Below, piece by piece: positions 46,733 to 57,431 of a DNA stretch of 64,000 nucleotides. The number at the start of each line of letters is the position of its first letter. Position 1 is the stretch's first letter. The stretch is from Planctomycetota bacterium (GTDB lineage: Bacteria; Planctomycetota; UBA11346). A model generated the notes under the pieces. The model was not told the DNA's origin, searched no databases, and was given only the letters and a program-made list of their open reading frames with translations. The position numbers and the translations under genes are program-made. The DNA lies in NCBI GenBank assembly GCA_003136555.1, contig PLEW01000175.1, positions 2,353 through 66,352 on the forward strand, read 5' to 3'.

Positions 46733-47986
46733 TCAGCGTCCGATCTCGGCGGCGATGGCGCTGGTCACCGCCGCCGCATCCATCCGCCCAGTCCAGTGCT
46801 TCAGCAGGCGGCCGGGAGCGGGCGCCTGCTCATCGACCAGCAGGACCTGGGGCGTCACCAGGCTGATGGCGCCGCCGTACCAGGTGCGCAGCCGCGCCGC
46901 ATCATCATCCAGCAGCTGGTCGATGGCGGCGTGCTCACGCGTCATCGCGGCGTCGATGAGCTCGGAATCGTCGACCTCGGCGATGCGCATGCGCATGCCG
47001 GGGAAGCCGACCTCGGCGGGAGCGCCCAGGACGACCGCGAGCACGGCATCGAAACGCGCCTGGCCGGCGCCGGCAGCGGCGAGCAGATGGCGGGCGAGAT
47101 CGGCACCGCTTTGATCGCTCGCGCGGGTGAGGAAGAGGGTCTCGATGGCCAGCTGCGCCCCGGTGCCGGCGGAGAGCGCCGCCAGGGCGGCATGCAGCGG
47201 ACCATGCTCCTCGGCGCACACCGGGCAGTGGGGATCGACCACCAGCACCACGCGGTAACGGGCGCCCGCAGTCCCGCTGCGGCGGCCGCTGTCCATCGCG
47301 CGGTAGGCGCGGCCGGCACGCAGCGTCGCGGGCGAGCTGTCGGGTGTGCCAGCGGCAGGCCCGCCAGCGCTCGGCGGCTGGGCATCGGCGACCACCTGAT
47401 GATGGAAGGCCAGGTTGAGCGCCAGGAAGCCGGCGCACAGCCACACCCCCGCTGCACGCCAGCCGAGGCCGGTGCGCGGCGGGATCAGGCAGCTGATCGC
47501 GAGGAGGATGGTCAGGTGGACGGCGCGGCAGAAGCTGCAGTCCATCCCCAGGCTGACGGCGACCCAGAGGAAGAACAGGCTCGCGCCGGCCGCGCCATAG
47601 GTCAGGCGAGCGAGCGCCGGGCTCCAGGCGGCGCGCAGCGCATCGCGGATCGCCAGCGCGGCGAGCAGAGCATAGACGGCCAGCGCCAGGGCGGTCACCG
47701 GCACGGCGCCCAGGTGCTGGTAGTAGCCCCCGCCCTGGCAGCCGATGTCACATGGCCAGAGGCCGGCGAGGCGCACCAGGCATAGCACCGCCGCCTGGAC
47801 CATGAGCAGGGGCAGCAGGGCGCGGTCCAGCCAGCGCGCAGCGCCGCACCAGCCGACCACAACCAGGAGCGCGATGGTGCCGATGGCGAGCTGGAGGGGC
47901 AGGAACGCCGCGCCGACGGCTGACAGAGCGCACGCGAGCGCGGCGGCGTGGGAGCGCAGGGATGGCGACCGTCTGGAGGTGCTCAT
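46733..47986 (-). CDS. VKOR-family membrane domain fused to a DsbA/thioredoxin-like domain
   Basis: TM region with CDIGC and CSFC; C-terminal DPHCPVC and VTP. Confidence 0.75.
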   Translation of the reverse strand: MSTSRRSPSLRSHAAALACALSAVGAAFLPLQLAIGTIALLVVVGWCGAARWLDRALLPLLMVQAAVLCLVRLAGLWPCDIGCQGGGYYQHLGAVPVTALALAVYALLAALAIRDALRAAWSPALARLTYGAAGASLFFLWVAVSLGMDCSFCRAVHLTILLAISCLIPPRTGLGWRAAGVWLCAGFLALNLAFHHQVVADAQPPSAGGPAAGTPDSSPATLRAGRAYRAMDSGRRSGTAGARYRVVLVVDPHCPVCAEEHGPLHAALAALSAGTGAQLAIETLFLTRASDQSGADLARHLLAAAGAGQARFDAVLAVVLGAPAEVGFPGMRMRIAEVDDSELIDAAMTREHAAIDQLLDDDAARLRTWYGGAISLVTPQVLLVDEQAPAPGRLLKHWTGRMDAAAVTSAIAAEIGR

Positions 47987-48021
47987 GGTCGCGCTGCGGG
48001 TCGGGTGAGGGTCCGCGGGCG

Positions 48022-48495
48022 TCACGCCGTATTACTGAGCGCGAGCGCGTGCTTGGGGCTGATCAGCAGCTGCAGGCGCATGAGGCCGCGCCTGGGCTGC
48101 CCCTCGAGGATGGCCAGGCCGCCCTTCTTCATGGTGATCTGCGCGCCGCAGAGGAAGCGGGCGAGTTCGGATAGGTCGGGATCGTGCCCGACCAGCACCA
48201 CATCGGTCCGCGGCTGCAGACGCGAGGCGCGATCGGCGGAGGGGCAGGCCTCGCCTGCCAGCCACTCCATCTCGCGCAGCGGCAGCTTCCACAGGCCGCT
48301 CGCCAGCTCGGCGGTCTGCCGGGCGCGTAGCCAGGGGCTGGTCCAGATCTCCACCGCCGCGATCAGCCCGCGCATGCCCTTGAGCGCGCGGGTCGCCTGG
48401 CGGATGCCATCCTTGGTGAGCGGCCGATCAGCGTCGTCGCCCTGCCATTCAGTGCGCTCCATGGCGCGGGCGTGTCTCAGGAGGGTCAGGCGCAT
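48022..48495 (-). CDS. sixA: Phosphohistidine phosphatase SixA family
   Basis: LLRHARA, RPLTKDG, SPWLRARQTA and VGHDP motifs. Confidence 0.88.
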   Translation of the reverse strand: MRLTLLRHARAMERTEWQGDDADRPLTKDGIRQATRALKGMRGLIAAVEIWTSPWLRARQTAELASGLWKLPLREMEWLAGEACPSADRASRLQPRTDVVLVGHDPDLSELARFLCGAQITMKKGGLAILEGQPRRGLMRLQLLISPKHALALSNTA

Positions 48496-48684
48496 GTCCT
48501 TTTCTGTTCCCCGCCGGGCGGCGCGCAAGGAATGCTTGCCCGCGAGCGTGCGCCAGCGTCACCGTCCCGGCGGCCCGGCACCGTGCGGATGCCGCCCGCT
48601 GCCCATGAGACGCGTTGCCGCGCCGGGTGGTTGGCAGCTGGGGCAAACCCCGCTAGGCTGCCGCGCCCCACCGAGGATACCGAC

Positions 48685-49986
48685 ATGGCCGCTTCCCCCG
48701 CCCCGACCGCCAAAGCCCGCCGCCAGGCCGCTCCCGCCAAGGAGAAGGTCGTGCTCGCGTATTCGGGTGGCCTCGACACCTCGGTGATCGTCCGCTGGCT
48801 CGAGCAGAAGGGCTTCGAGGTGATCTGCTTCTGCGCCAATGTCGGGCAGGAGGAGAAGTACAAGGACCTGGAGAAGAAGGCGCTCAATTCCGGTGCCACC
48901 GCCTGCTACATCCGCGACGTGCAGGAGGAGTTCGTGCGCGATTTCGTCTTCCCGGCGATCGCCTGGAACGCGAAGTACGAGGGCCGCTACCTGCTCGGCA
49001 CCTCCCTCGCCCGCCCAGTGATCGCCAAGCACATGGTCGACATCGCCAAGCTGGAGAAGGCCCAGTACATCGCCCACGGCGCCACCGGGAAGGGCAATGA
49101 CCAGGTGCGCTTCGAGCTCACCGCGTATGCCCTGCTGCCAGGTGTGCGCATCATCGCCCCCTGGCGCGACCCCGAATTCAACAGCGTGCTCAAGGGCCGG
49201 GCCGAATGCATCGCCTATGCCAAGACCTGGGGCATCCCGGTCAAGGCGACCACCAAGGATCCGTGGTCATCGGACGACAACCTGCTGCACATCAGCTTCG
49301 AGGCCGGGATGCTCGAGGATCCGGCGGCCAGGCCCCTGGACCGCATGTTCCAGAAGACCCTGCCGTTGACCCAGGTGAAGGCCAGGCGGCAGAGCATCAC
49401 CGTCGATTTCGTCGCCGGCGTGCCGGTGGCCATCGACGGCGTATCGCTGACGCCCGCCAAGCTGCTCGCCAAGGCGAATGAGATCGGTTTCAAACACGGC
49501 ATCGGCCGCATCGACATGGTCGAGTCGCGCTTCGTCGGCATGAAGAGCCGTGGCGTCTATGAGACCCCGGGCGGCTCGATCCTCCTGGCGGCGCATCAGG
49601 ACCTCGAGGCCCTGACGGTCGGCCGCGACCTGCTGCACACCAAGAACACCCTGGCGGTGCGCTTCAGCCAGATGGCCTATTTCGGCTTCTGGTTCTGCGA
49701 GGAGATGGAGGCGCTGTCGAGCTTCCTCGCCTCCAGCCAGCGCCATGTCACCGGGCGGGTCACCTTGGAGCTCGAACGGGGCAACATCATCGTCGTCGGC
49801 CGCCAGTCGGAGCACAGCCTCTACGACGCCGCGATCGCCTCGATGGAGGCCGATGGCGGCGCCTACAACCAGGCGGACGCGACCGGCTTCATCCGCCTGC
49901 AGGCCCTGCCGCTGCGCGTCGCGGCCCGCCGGGCGCAGCGCCTGGCGAGCGCCAGGGCGAAGCGTCCGGCAGCGCGCTCGCGCTGA
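48685..49986 (+). CDS. argG: Argininosuccinate synthase
   Basis: AYSGGLDTS, HGATGKGNDQVRF and SRGVYETPG motifs. Confidence 0.97.
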   Translation: MAASPAPTAKARRQAAPAKEKVVLAYSGGLDTSVIVRWLEQKGFEVICFCANVGQEEKYKDLEKKALNSGATACYIRDVQEEFVRDFVFPAIAWNAKYEGRYLLGTSLARPVIAKHMVDIAKLEKAQYIAHGATGKGNDQVRFELTAYALLPGVRIIAPWRDPEFNSVLKGRAECIAYAKTWGIPVKATTKDPWSSDDNLLHISFEAGMLEDPAARPLDRMFQKTLPLTQVKARRQSITVDFVAGVPVAIDGVSLTPAKLLAKANEIGFKHGIGRIDMVESRFVGMKSRGVYETPGGSILLAAHQDLEALTVGRDLLHTKNTLAVRFSQMAYFGFWFCEEMEALSSFLASSQRHVTGRVTLELERGNIIVVGRQSEHSLYDAAIASMEADGGAYNQADATGFIRLQALPLRVAARRAQRLASARAKRPAARSR

Positions 49987-50060
49987 CCGGCCGGGATGGC
50001 CGGGCGCTGTCCAACGCGTCCGGGAAGCCCCTGTTGCCTGCGCCTGGGCACGGTACCGTG

Positions 50061-50852
50061 ATGGCCGAAGGAGACTCGTCTGTGCCACCTCCTACGGCCG
50101 CGATCGAGACGCCGGTGCTGAGCGCCCGGGCCATCGCCCGGATCGCGTCACCGCGCTTCCAAGGCACGCTCACCAGCCAGGATGCAACCGCGCGCGGCTG
50201 CACCCTCATCGCCACCGAGCACGGGGCGCAGCTGGCCCCCGACCACATCCATCTGACCATGCTGGTGGATGCCGCCGGGGTGGTGCAGGAGGTGCGTTAC
50301 ACCACACCGGCCACCGATTCCCAGCTGGCCTCCTATGATGTGATGGCCGAGCGCTGCCAGGGGCGCACCCTGGACGAGGTTGCGACGATCACGCCGCGCC
50401 AGATCGATCAGCTGCTGCGCGACGATGGCGGCGGACCGGTGCTGGAGCTGGTTGCCACCAACCACCCCGATGGGGACCATCCGTACTATGTGCTGCGCAA
50501 GGCGGCGGAGCGCCATAGCGGCGCCAAGACCACTGCCACCCAGGCGGGTGCTGCCGGGCAGACGAGCGAGAACCTGCCCTGGGCCGCGGTCGGCCTGTTC
50601 GAGAAGGTGCGCCGCATCGAGGGGGTGCTCGACACCCAGGTGCGCCCGGCGCTGGCCAGCGACGGCGGCGGCATCGACCTGGTCGACCTCAAGCAGGACG
50701 ACCTCTATGTGCAGTACCACGGCGCCTGCGGCTCATGCTCATCGTCCATCGGCGGAACCCTGCAGTTCATCCAGGATTCGCTCAACAACCACCTCGGCAC
50801 CACGCTGGCGATCAAGGTGACGGGTGGCGACGAGGGCCTGCCCGGCCTGTAA
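50061..50852 (+). CDS. NifU-like protein: degenerate IscU-type N-domain plus Nfu C-domain
   Basis: C-terminal VRPALASDGGGIDL...GACGSC. The N-domain follows the NifU_N pattern but lacks the ligand cysteines. Confidence 0.8.
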   Translation: MAEGDSSVPPPTAAIETPVLSARAIARIASPRFQGTLTSQDATARGCTLIATEHGAQLAPDHIHLTMLVDAAGVVQEVRYTTPATDSQLASYDVMAERCQGRTLDEVATITPRQIDQLLRDDGGGPVLELVATNHPDGDHPYYVLRKAAERHSGAKTTATQAGAAGQTSENLPWAAVGLFEKVRRIEGVLDTQVRPALASDGGGIDLVDLKQDDLYVQYHGACGSCSSSIGGTLQFIQDSLNNHLGTTLAIKVTGGDEGLPGL

Positions 50853-51149
50853 GAGGCGACGCCGGACGGATGCGCTATGCCGCGTGAAGCGGGCGGAGCC
50901 GTTGCGCACTGCGCCGGCAGCGTCCCGCCAACGGGCCCGGACGGTGAAATTCGGGTTGTCTTCACCGCCATCCGCCGTATCATCTGACCCCATGCTGTGC
51001 ACAGGGCGAATTGACCTGATCCGAATTAGTAACGGCCACTAGCTGTCCGCAGAGCAAGTTTGCCACCCGTGCCGCGCGCGCCCTTGCCTGATTGACGCAA
51101 GTGGCTATGTGAACGCGCCTCCCAGCACGCGGACCGACACGGATACCCC

Positions 51150-52796
51150 ATGAGCACCCCTACCACCCCCACCACTGCCAATCGCGGGGCACGCGCCCTG
51201 GAGATCTACGACACCACCCTGCGTGACGGCTCGCAAGGCGAGGGCGTCAACCTCAGCCTGGCGGACAAGCTCTCCCTCACCGAAGCCCTCGACTGGCTCG
51301 GAGTCGCCTACATCGAAGGCGGCTGGCCGGGCTCCAACCCCAAGGACGAGGCCTACTTCACCGAGGTCAAGAAGCTGAAGCTGGCCAACGCCCGCGTCGC
51401 CGCCTTCGGTTCGACGCGCCGGGCGAAGACCACGCCGGCGGATGACGACAACTTGCGCAAGCTGGTCGCCGCTGGCGCCGATGTCATCACCATCTTCGGC
51501 AAGACCTGGGATCTCCACGTGCGCGACGCCCTGCGCATCACCCTGGAGGAGAACCTCGCGCTCATCACGGACTCGGTCGCCTTCCTCTGCCAGGCCACCG
51601 GCAAGCCGGTGTTCTACGATGCCGAGCACTTCTTCGACGGCTACAAGGCCAATCCCGCGTATGCCCTCGACACCCTGTGCGCCGCCCATCAGGCCGGGGC
51701 ATCCAGGCTGATCCTGTGCGACACCAATGGCGGTTCGCTGCCCGACCAGGTGACCGCGGCGATGCAGGCGCTGCGTGCACGACTGCCCGATGCCCACATC
51801 GGCATCCATGTCCACAACGACGGCGGGCTGGCGGTGGCCAATACCCTCTGCGCGGTGGCCGCAGGGGCGATGCAGGTGCAGGGCACGATCAACGGGGTCG
51901 GCGAACGCTGCGGCAACGTCGATCTCACCAGCGTCATCGCCAATGCCGAGATCAAGCTCGGCTTGACCTGCCTGCCTGCCGGCCACCTGCAGCGCCTCAC
52001 CGAGATCAGCCGCCTGGTGTGGGAGCGCATCAACCTGCACGCACCGGTCAACCAGCCATTCGTCGGACGCGCGGCCTTCGCCCACAAGGGCGGCGTGCAT
52101 GTCAGCGCGGTGCAGCGCAATGCCCTGACCTACGAGCACGTGATGCCCGAGCAGGTCGGCAACACCCGGCGCATCCTGATCAGCGAGCTCGCCGGCCGCT
52201 CCAATGTGCAGGCGAAGTTCGGCCTTCGCTACCCCGGGATCAGCGATCCGCAGCTGATCGCCAAGATCCTCAACGAGGTGCAGGACCGCGAGAACCAGGG
52301 CTTCAGCTACGAGGCTGCCGATGCCAGCTTCGACCTGCTGGTGCGCCGCCATGTGGGCGCCTTCGATCCGGTCTTCGTGCTGCACCACTACCGCATCCAC
52401 GGCCTGGGCACCCCGGGAGACGCCAAGGACCTGGTGGAGGCGACGGTCAAGCTGAGCGTCAAGGGCCAGCTGCGCCTGTGCGTCGCCGAGGGCCATGGTC
52501 CGGTCGATGCCCTCAACCAGGCCCTGATCGCCGCCCTGCTGCCGTCGTATCCGACGCTCACGGTCCTGCACCTGGTCGATTACAAGGTGCGGGTGGTCAA
52601 TAGCGCCGACGGCACCGCCGCCAAGGTCAGGGTGCTGATCGAGCACGAATACCAGGGCCGCATCCTCGGCACCGTGGGGGTGAGCGAGAACATCATCGAG
52701 GCGAGCTGGAACGCCCTGGTCGAAGCCATCGAGTTCGCCCTCAGCGACCGCGAACCCTCCGCGGCGGCCGGGCGGCTCGGCAGCGCGAAGCAGTGA
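51150..52796 (+). CDS. cimA: Citramalate synthase (LeuA/CimA family)
   Basis: DTTLRDGSQGEG, EGGWPGSNPKD, DAEHFFDGY, HKGGVH and GPVDAL motifs with a C-terminal regulatory domain. Confidence 0.88.
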   Translation: MSTPTTPTTANRGARALEIYDTTLRDGSQGEGVNLSLADKLSLTEALDWLGVAYIEGGWPGSNPKDEAYFTEVKKLKLANARVAAFGSTRRAKTTPADDDNLRKLVAAGADVITIFGKTWDLHVRDALRITLEENLALITDSVAFLCQATGKPVFYDAEHFFDGYKANPAYALDTLCAAHQAGASRLILCDTNGGSLPDQVTAAMQALRARLPDAHIGIHVHNDGGLAVANTLCAVAAGAMQVQGTINGVGERCGNVDLTSVIANAEIKLGLTCLPAGHLQRLTEISRLVWERINLHAPVNQPFVGRAAFAHKGGVHVSAVQRNALTYEHVMPEQVGNTRRILISELAGRSNVQAKFGLRYPGISDPQLIAKILNEVQDRENQGFSYEAADASFDLLVRRHVGAFDPVFVLHHYRIHGLGTPGDAKDLVEATVKLSVKGQLRLCVAEGHGPVDALNQALIAALLPSYPTLTVLHLVDYKVRVVNSADGTAAKVRVLIEHEYQGRILGTVGVSENIIEASWNALVEAIEFALSDREPSAAAGRLGSAKQ

Positions 52797-52881
52797 GCCG
52801 CCGCACCGGTGGAGGCTCGCGCTACCGAGGCTTGGCTTGCCGGGCGCAGCGATACAGTCGCCATGCGCCCAAGGAGCTGCC

Positions 52882-53295
52882 ATGTATCCTGCTGAACTGA
52901 CCAATCCCATCCGCGACGAGGTGCATCAGATCGGCCTGAGCGAGCTGACCAATGCCATCGAGGTGGACACCGCGCTGACCAAGCCCGGTACCGCCCTGGT
53001 ATTCGTCAACAGCGTCTGCGGCTGCGCCGCGGGCGGCGCCCGGCCCGGACTGTTCCTCGCTCTCAAGGAGGCGGCGAAGAAGCCCGACCAGCTGCTCACC
53101 GTCTTCGCCGGGGTGGACAAGGATGCAGTCACCCGGGCGCGCAGCTATTTCGCCGAGTACCCGGCCTCCAGCCCATCCGCCGCCCTGCTCAAGGATGGCG
53201 AGGTGGTGTGGATGCTGCATCGCCATCAGATCGAGGGACGCCGGCCGGAGCAGATCGCCCAGGCCTTCTCCCAGGCGTTCGCCGCCAACTGCTAG
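52882..53295 (+). CDS. BrxA/BrxB family bacilliredoxin-like protein (DUF1094)
   Basis: VNSVCGCAAGGARP (CGC motif), TVFAGVD, PASSPS and HRHQIEGR motifs. Confidence 0.9.
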   Translation: MYPAELTNPIRDEVHQIGLSELTNAIEVDTALTKPGTALVFVNSVCGCAAGGARPGLFLALKEAAKKPDQLLTVFAGVDKDAVTRARSYFAEYPASSPSAALLKDGEVVWMLHRHQIEGRRPEQIAQAFSQAFAANC

Positions 53296-53337
53296 GCACG
53301 CCCTGACCGGTGAGGCGCCGCTCGGCCCGCTCCCGCT

Positions 53338-54138
53338 TCAGCCGGGGCCTGGCGGGCGCACCTGCGCCAGGGATTGGGCGCGCAGCGCGCCATACCAGGG
53401 ATCGTACGCCGTCCGCGGCAGCATGCGGGCGAGCATCAGGCCTTCAGCGCCGTGCTGCATGGCGATCCCGCGCGCATCCCACAGCCCGCTGTCCAGCCAG
53501 CGGTCCGCCGCGGCGGTGTTGGCGAGCAGCAGCGGCGTCGCCCATTCGGCCGCGCGGGCGCTGTAGAGCTGCGGCACGACCGCCGCCTTGGTGCCGGGAT
53601 CCACGTCCCTTCCCGCCATGTGCGCGATGGTGAGGAAGCCGTCCGCGCCGTCCGCCGCCTGCCCTGCCCACAGGGCGCCGAAGCGCAGCTCGTAGCAGAT
53701 GGTGATCCCCATCCGCCAACCGGCGATCGTCACCAGGCACGCGCCCTGCTCCGGCGAGGGGGCGAAGTGCTCCCGGTCCAGAGGCGTCAGGCAGCGCTTG
53801 CGGTAGCGCACCGGCCGGCTGGTGGCGCCGAGCACCAGGGCGTCATTGCCGACCCCGCTGGAGAGCGGCGAGGCGGTCCCCAGCACCAGCACCACGCCTG
53901 CACGTGCGGCCTCGGCCTCGAGGCGCTCCTCCTGGTCGGCGACCGCGCACCAGTCGATGCCCGCGAGGCTGGGGCGTGCTGCCCCCGGATAGCCGATCAG
54001 CGCGCACTCGGGGGTCAGCAGCAGGGCGGCGTGCGCCCGCCCGGCCTCGGCGAGGAAGGCACGGATGCGTGCGGCATTGTCGACCAGGGAGCTGGTCGCG
54101 GTGAAGGCGGCGACGGCAGCGACCAGGGGAGCGGGCAT
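53338..54138 (-). CDS. Carbon-nitrogen hydrolase (nitrilase superfamily)
   Basis: Catalytic triad pattern TPECALIGY / YRK / ICYELRF. Confidence 0.85.
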   Translation of the reverse strand: MPAPLVAAVAAFTATSSLVDNAARIRAFLAEAGRAHAALLLTPECALIGYPGAARPSLAGIDWCAVADQEERLEAEAARAGVVLVLGTASPLSSGVGNDALVLGATSRPVRYRKRCLTPLDREHFAPSPEQGACLVTIAGWRMGITICYELRFGALWAGQAADGADGFLTIAHMAGRDVDPGTKAAVVPQLYSARAAEWATPLLLANTAAADRWLDSGLWDARGIAMQHGAEGLMLARMLPRTAYDPWYGALRAQSLAQVRPPGPG

Positions 54139-54253
54139 GACGCCATGGTGCGCATCTGCGTCGTGGGTGCAAACCGTGCACGGCGGCGGATGCAGCCGGG
54201 AGACCGGCGAGTGCGCGGTTGCGCTCTGTCCCAGGGCGCCGAAATTGCCTGCC

Positions 54254-55687
54254 ATGGCCACCGATCGCTACGACAGCCCCCTCGCCAGCCGCTACGCCTC
54301 GAAGGCCATGCAGCTCCTGTTCTCCGATGACGTGAAGTTCTCCACCTGGCGCAAGCTGTGGCTCGAGCTGGCGCGCGCGGAGCGGTCCCTGGGGCTGTCG
54401 ATCAGCGAGGCGCAGCTCGAGGAGATGGCCGCCCATCTCCAGGCAATCGACTACCAGCTCGCGGCGGCAGAGGAGCGCAAGCGCCGGCACGATGTCATGG
54501 CCCATGTCCATACCTTCGGCATCGCCTGCCCGCTGAGCGCGCCGATCATCCACCTCGGCGCCACCAGCTGCTACGTCACCGACAACACCGACCTGATCAT
54601 CATGCGCGATGGCCTCGATCTCCTGCTCGTCAAGCTCGCGCGGGTCATCGACCGTCTCGCCGCCTTCGCCAAGCGCCATGCCCGTCTGCCGACCCTCGGC
54701 TTCACCCATTTCCAGGCCGCCCAGCTGACCACCGTCGGCAAGCGCTCCTGCCTGTGGCTGCAGGACCTGCTGATGGACCTGCGCTCGCTCGAGCGCGTGC
54801 GAGGCGACCTGCGCTTCCGCGGCGTCAAGGGCACCACCGGCACCCAGGCCAGCTTCCTGACCCTCTTCCATGGCGATCATGCCAAGGTCGAGGAGCTCGA
54901 TCGGCTGGTCACCAGGGCCTTCGGCTTCTCCTCCGCCTTCCTGGTCACCGGACAGACCTACACGCGCAAGGTTGATGCCGAGGTGGTGATGGCGCTCGCT
55001 GGCCTGGGGGCCAGCGCGCACAAGGCCGCCACCGACCTGCGCCTGCTCGCCCATCTCAAGGAGATCGAGGAGCCGATCGAGGCGGAGCAGATCGGCTCGA
55101 GCGCGATGGCCTACAAGCGCAACCCCATGCGCTCCGAGCGGGTGTGCTCGCTCGCGCGCCATCTCCTGGCGCTGGGCCAGGAGGCGCTCAGTACCCACAG
55201 CGTGCAGTGGATGGAACGCACCCTCGACGACAGCGCCGGCCGGCGCATCTACATCCCCGAAGCCTTCCTCGCCGCCGATGCGGTGCTGGGCATCCTGCAG
55301 AACGTCGCCGAGGGGCTCGATGTCCATGAGCCGGTCATCGCCCGGCATGTGCGCGACGAGCTGCCGTTCATGGCGACCGAGAACCTGATCATGGCGATGG
55401 TCGAATCCGGGGGCGATCGCCAGCTGGCCCATGAGCGCATACGGGTGCTGTCGCGCGCCGCCGCCGCCCAGGTCAAGGAGCACGGCCGTGACAACGATCT
55501 GATCGAGCGGGTGCGCACTGATGCCTTCTTCGCGCCGATCCATGCCCGTCTCGATGCCCTGCTCGAGCCGAGCAGCTTCATCGGCCGGGCACCGGAGCAG
55601 GTGGAGCGCTTCCTCAGCGAGGAGGTCCAGCCGGCGCTGGCGCGCTATGCGGGGCGCCTGGAGGGCACCAGCCAGCTGGCGGTCTAG
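54254..55687 (+). CDS. purB: Adenylosuccinate lyase
   Basis: [23 protein letters not shown] and [10 protein letters not shown] signature. Confidence 0.96.
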   Translation: MATDRYDSPLASRYASKAMQLLFSDDVKFSTWRKLWLELARAERSLGLSISEAQLEEMAAHLQAIDYQLAAAEERKRRHDVMAHVHTFGIACPLSAPIIHLGATSCYVTDNTDLIIMRDGLDLLLVKLARVIDRLAAFAKRHARLPTLGFTHFQAAQLTTVGKRSCLWLQDLLMDLRSLERVRGDLRFRGVKGTTGTQASFLTLFHGDHAKVEELDRLVTRAFGFSSAFLVTGQTYTRKVDAEVVMALAGLGASAHKAATDLRLLAHLKEIEEPIEAEQIGSSAMAYKRNPMRSERVCSLARHLLALGQEALSTHSVQWMERTLDDSAGRRIYIPEAFLAADAVLGILQNVAEGLDVHEPVIARHVRDELPFMATENLIMAMVESGGDRQLAHERIRVLSRAAAAQVKEHGRDNDLIERVRTDAFFAPIHARLDALLEPSSFIGRAPEQVERFLSEEVQPALARYAGRLEGTSQLAV

Positions 55688-55720
55688 GCGCGCGGTGTCA
55701 CCCGTACGCCATCTACGCCA

Positions 55721-56332
55721 TCATTTGGCGGGAGCGGCTGGCGTCGGCGTCGGCGCGGCGTCGGTCGGCGCGCGCACACCGGTCGGCGGCACCTGGCCGC
55801 AGCAGTAGGGATTGAAGTTCTCGTTCCAGCCGGAGGCCGGGATGGCCGGGATGGCGTTGCTACCCGCGCCGGTGGCCGAATGCGGCCGGTCGTCGGTCAT
55901 GCCGACCTTGGGATTGTTGAGCGCGGGCGGGATGCCGGGATTGTTCGGCCGGCTGTCGGTGGCGAAGTAGGGGGAATCGTGCAGCGGCACCGTTGGACCG
56001 CTTGGATGGACACGCGTATCCGTCGATCCGTACTGCACTTGGCCGATATCGGTCGAGGAGTGCACGTCGTCGGGGTGGATCGCGACGATGGGGGTGGGTT
56101 TGAACTTCTGATAGGGGTAGGTGCAGCGCACGCGTGCCGCCTGCTCGCTCTCGAGATCGGGTGGCGCTGCCGGCAGCTCATAGACCTCCCGATCGCCCGA
56201 CCAGGTCGCCTGCGAAGCCACCGAGTAGCTCGAATCGATGTCGGTGGGGATGTAGCGGGTCTCGTAATAGAGGCTCTCGCTGCAGCCGCCCAACAGGGCC
56301 AATACGGGAAGGAGCATGACCAGACGAGGCAT
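55721..56332 (-). CDS. Hypothetical Pro-rich lipoprotein
   Basis: Lipobox LLGGC; Pro/Thr/Ser-rich body. Confidence 0.7.
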   Translation of the reverse strand: MPRLVMLLPVLALLGGCSESLYYETRYIPTDIDSSYSVASQATWSGDREVYELPAAPPDLESEQAARVRCTYPYQKFKPTPIVAIHPDDVHSSTDIGQVQYGSTDTRVHPSGPTVPLHDSPYFATDSRPNNPGIPPALNNPKVGMTDDRPHSATGAGSNAIPAIPASGWNENFNPYCCGQVPPTGVRAPTDAAPTPTPAAPAK

Positions 56333-56494
56333 GACGCTGATGCTCCTGGCGGTCGCTGGAGCGCACAACCGAAAAGGTCAGGGGAGGGTGCTGGTGTACG
56401 CTTCACGCCCCCCTCCACCGGTGCACAGCCCGTCCGGGCCGCCATCAGGGGCGGCCGAGCCTTTCCTCGATGGGCGGGGACGTAAGCTTCCGGC

Positions 56495-57355
<861 letters not shown>

Positions 57356-57431
57356 GAGCCGGGTCCGCCAAGCGCTCGCGCCGGTGCGCTGGGGGGGGTG
57401 CGCAGGTCGCGCCCGCTGCGGGGTCGAGCAC

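Noticed and set aside
48630-48665. GGGGCAAACCCC hairpin upstream of argG as a riboswitch
   Set aside because: A single small hairpin with no further consensus.
50997-51060. c-di-GMP-I riboswitch (GCACAGGGCGAA...GCAGAGC resemblance)
   Set aside because: The P2 stem and GAC junction cannot be formed; only short word matches.
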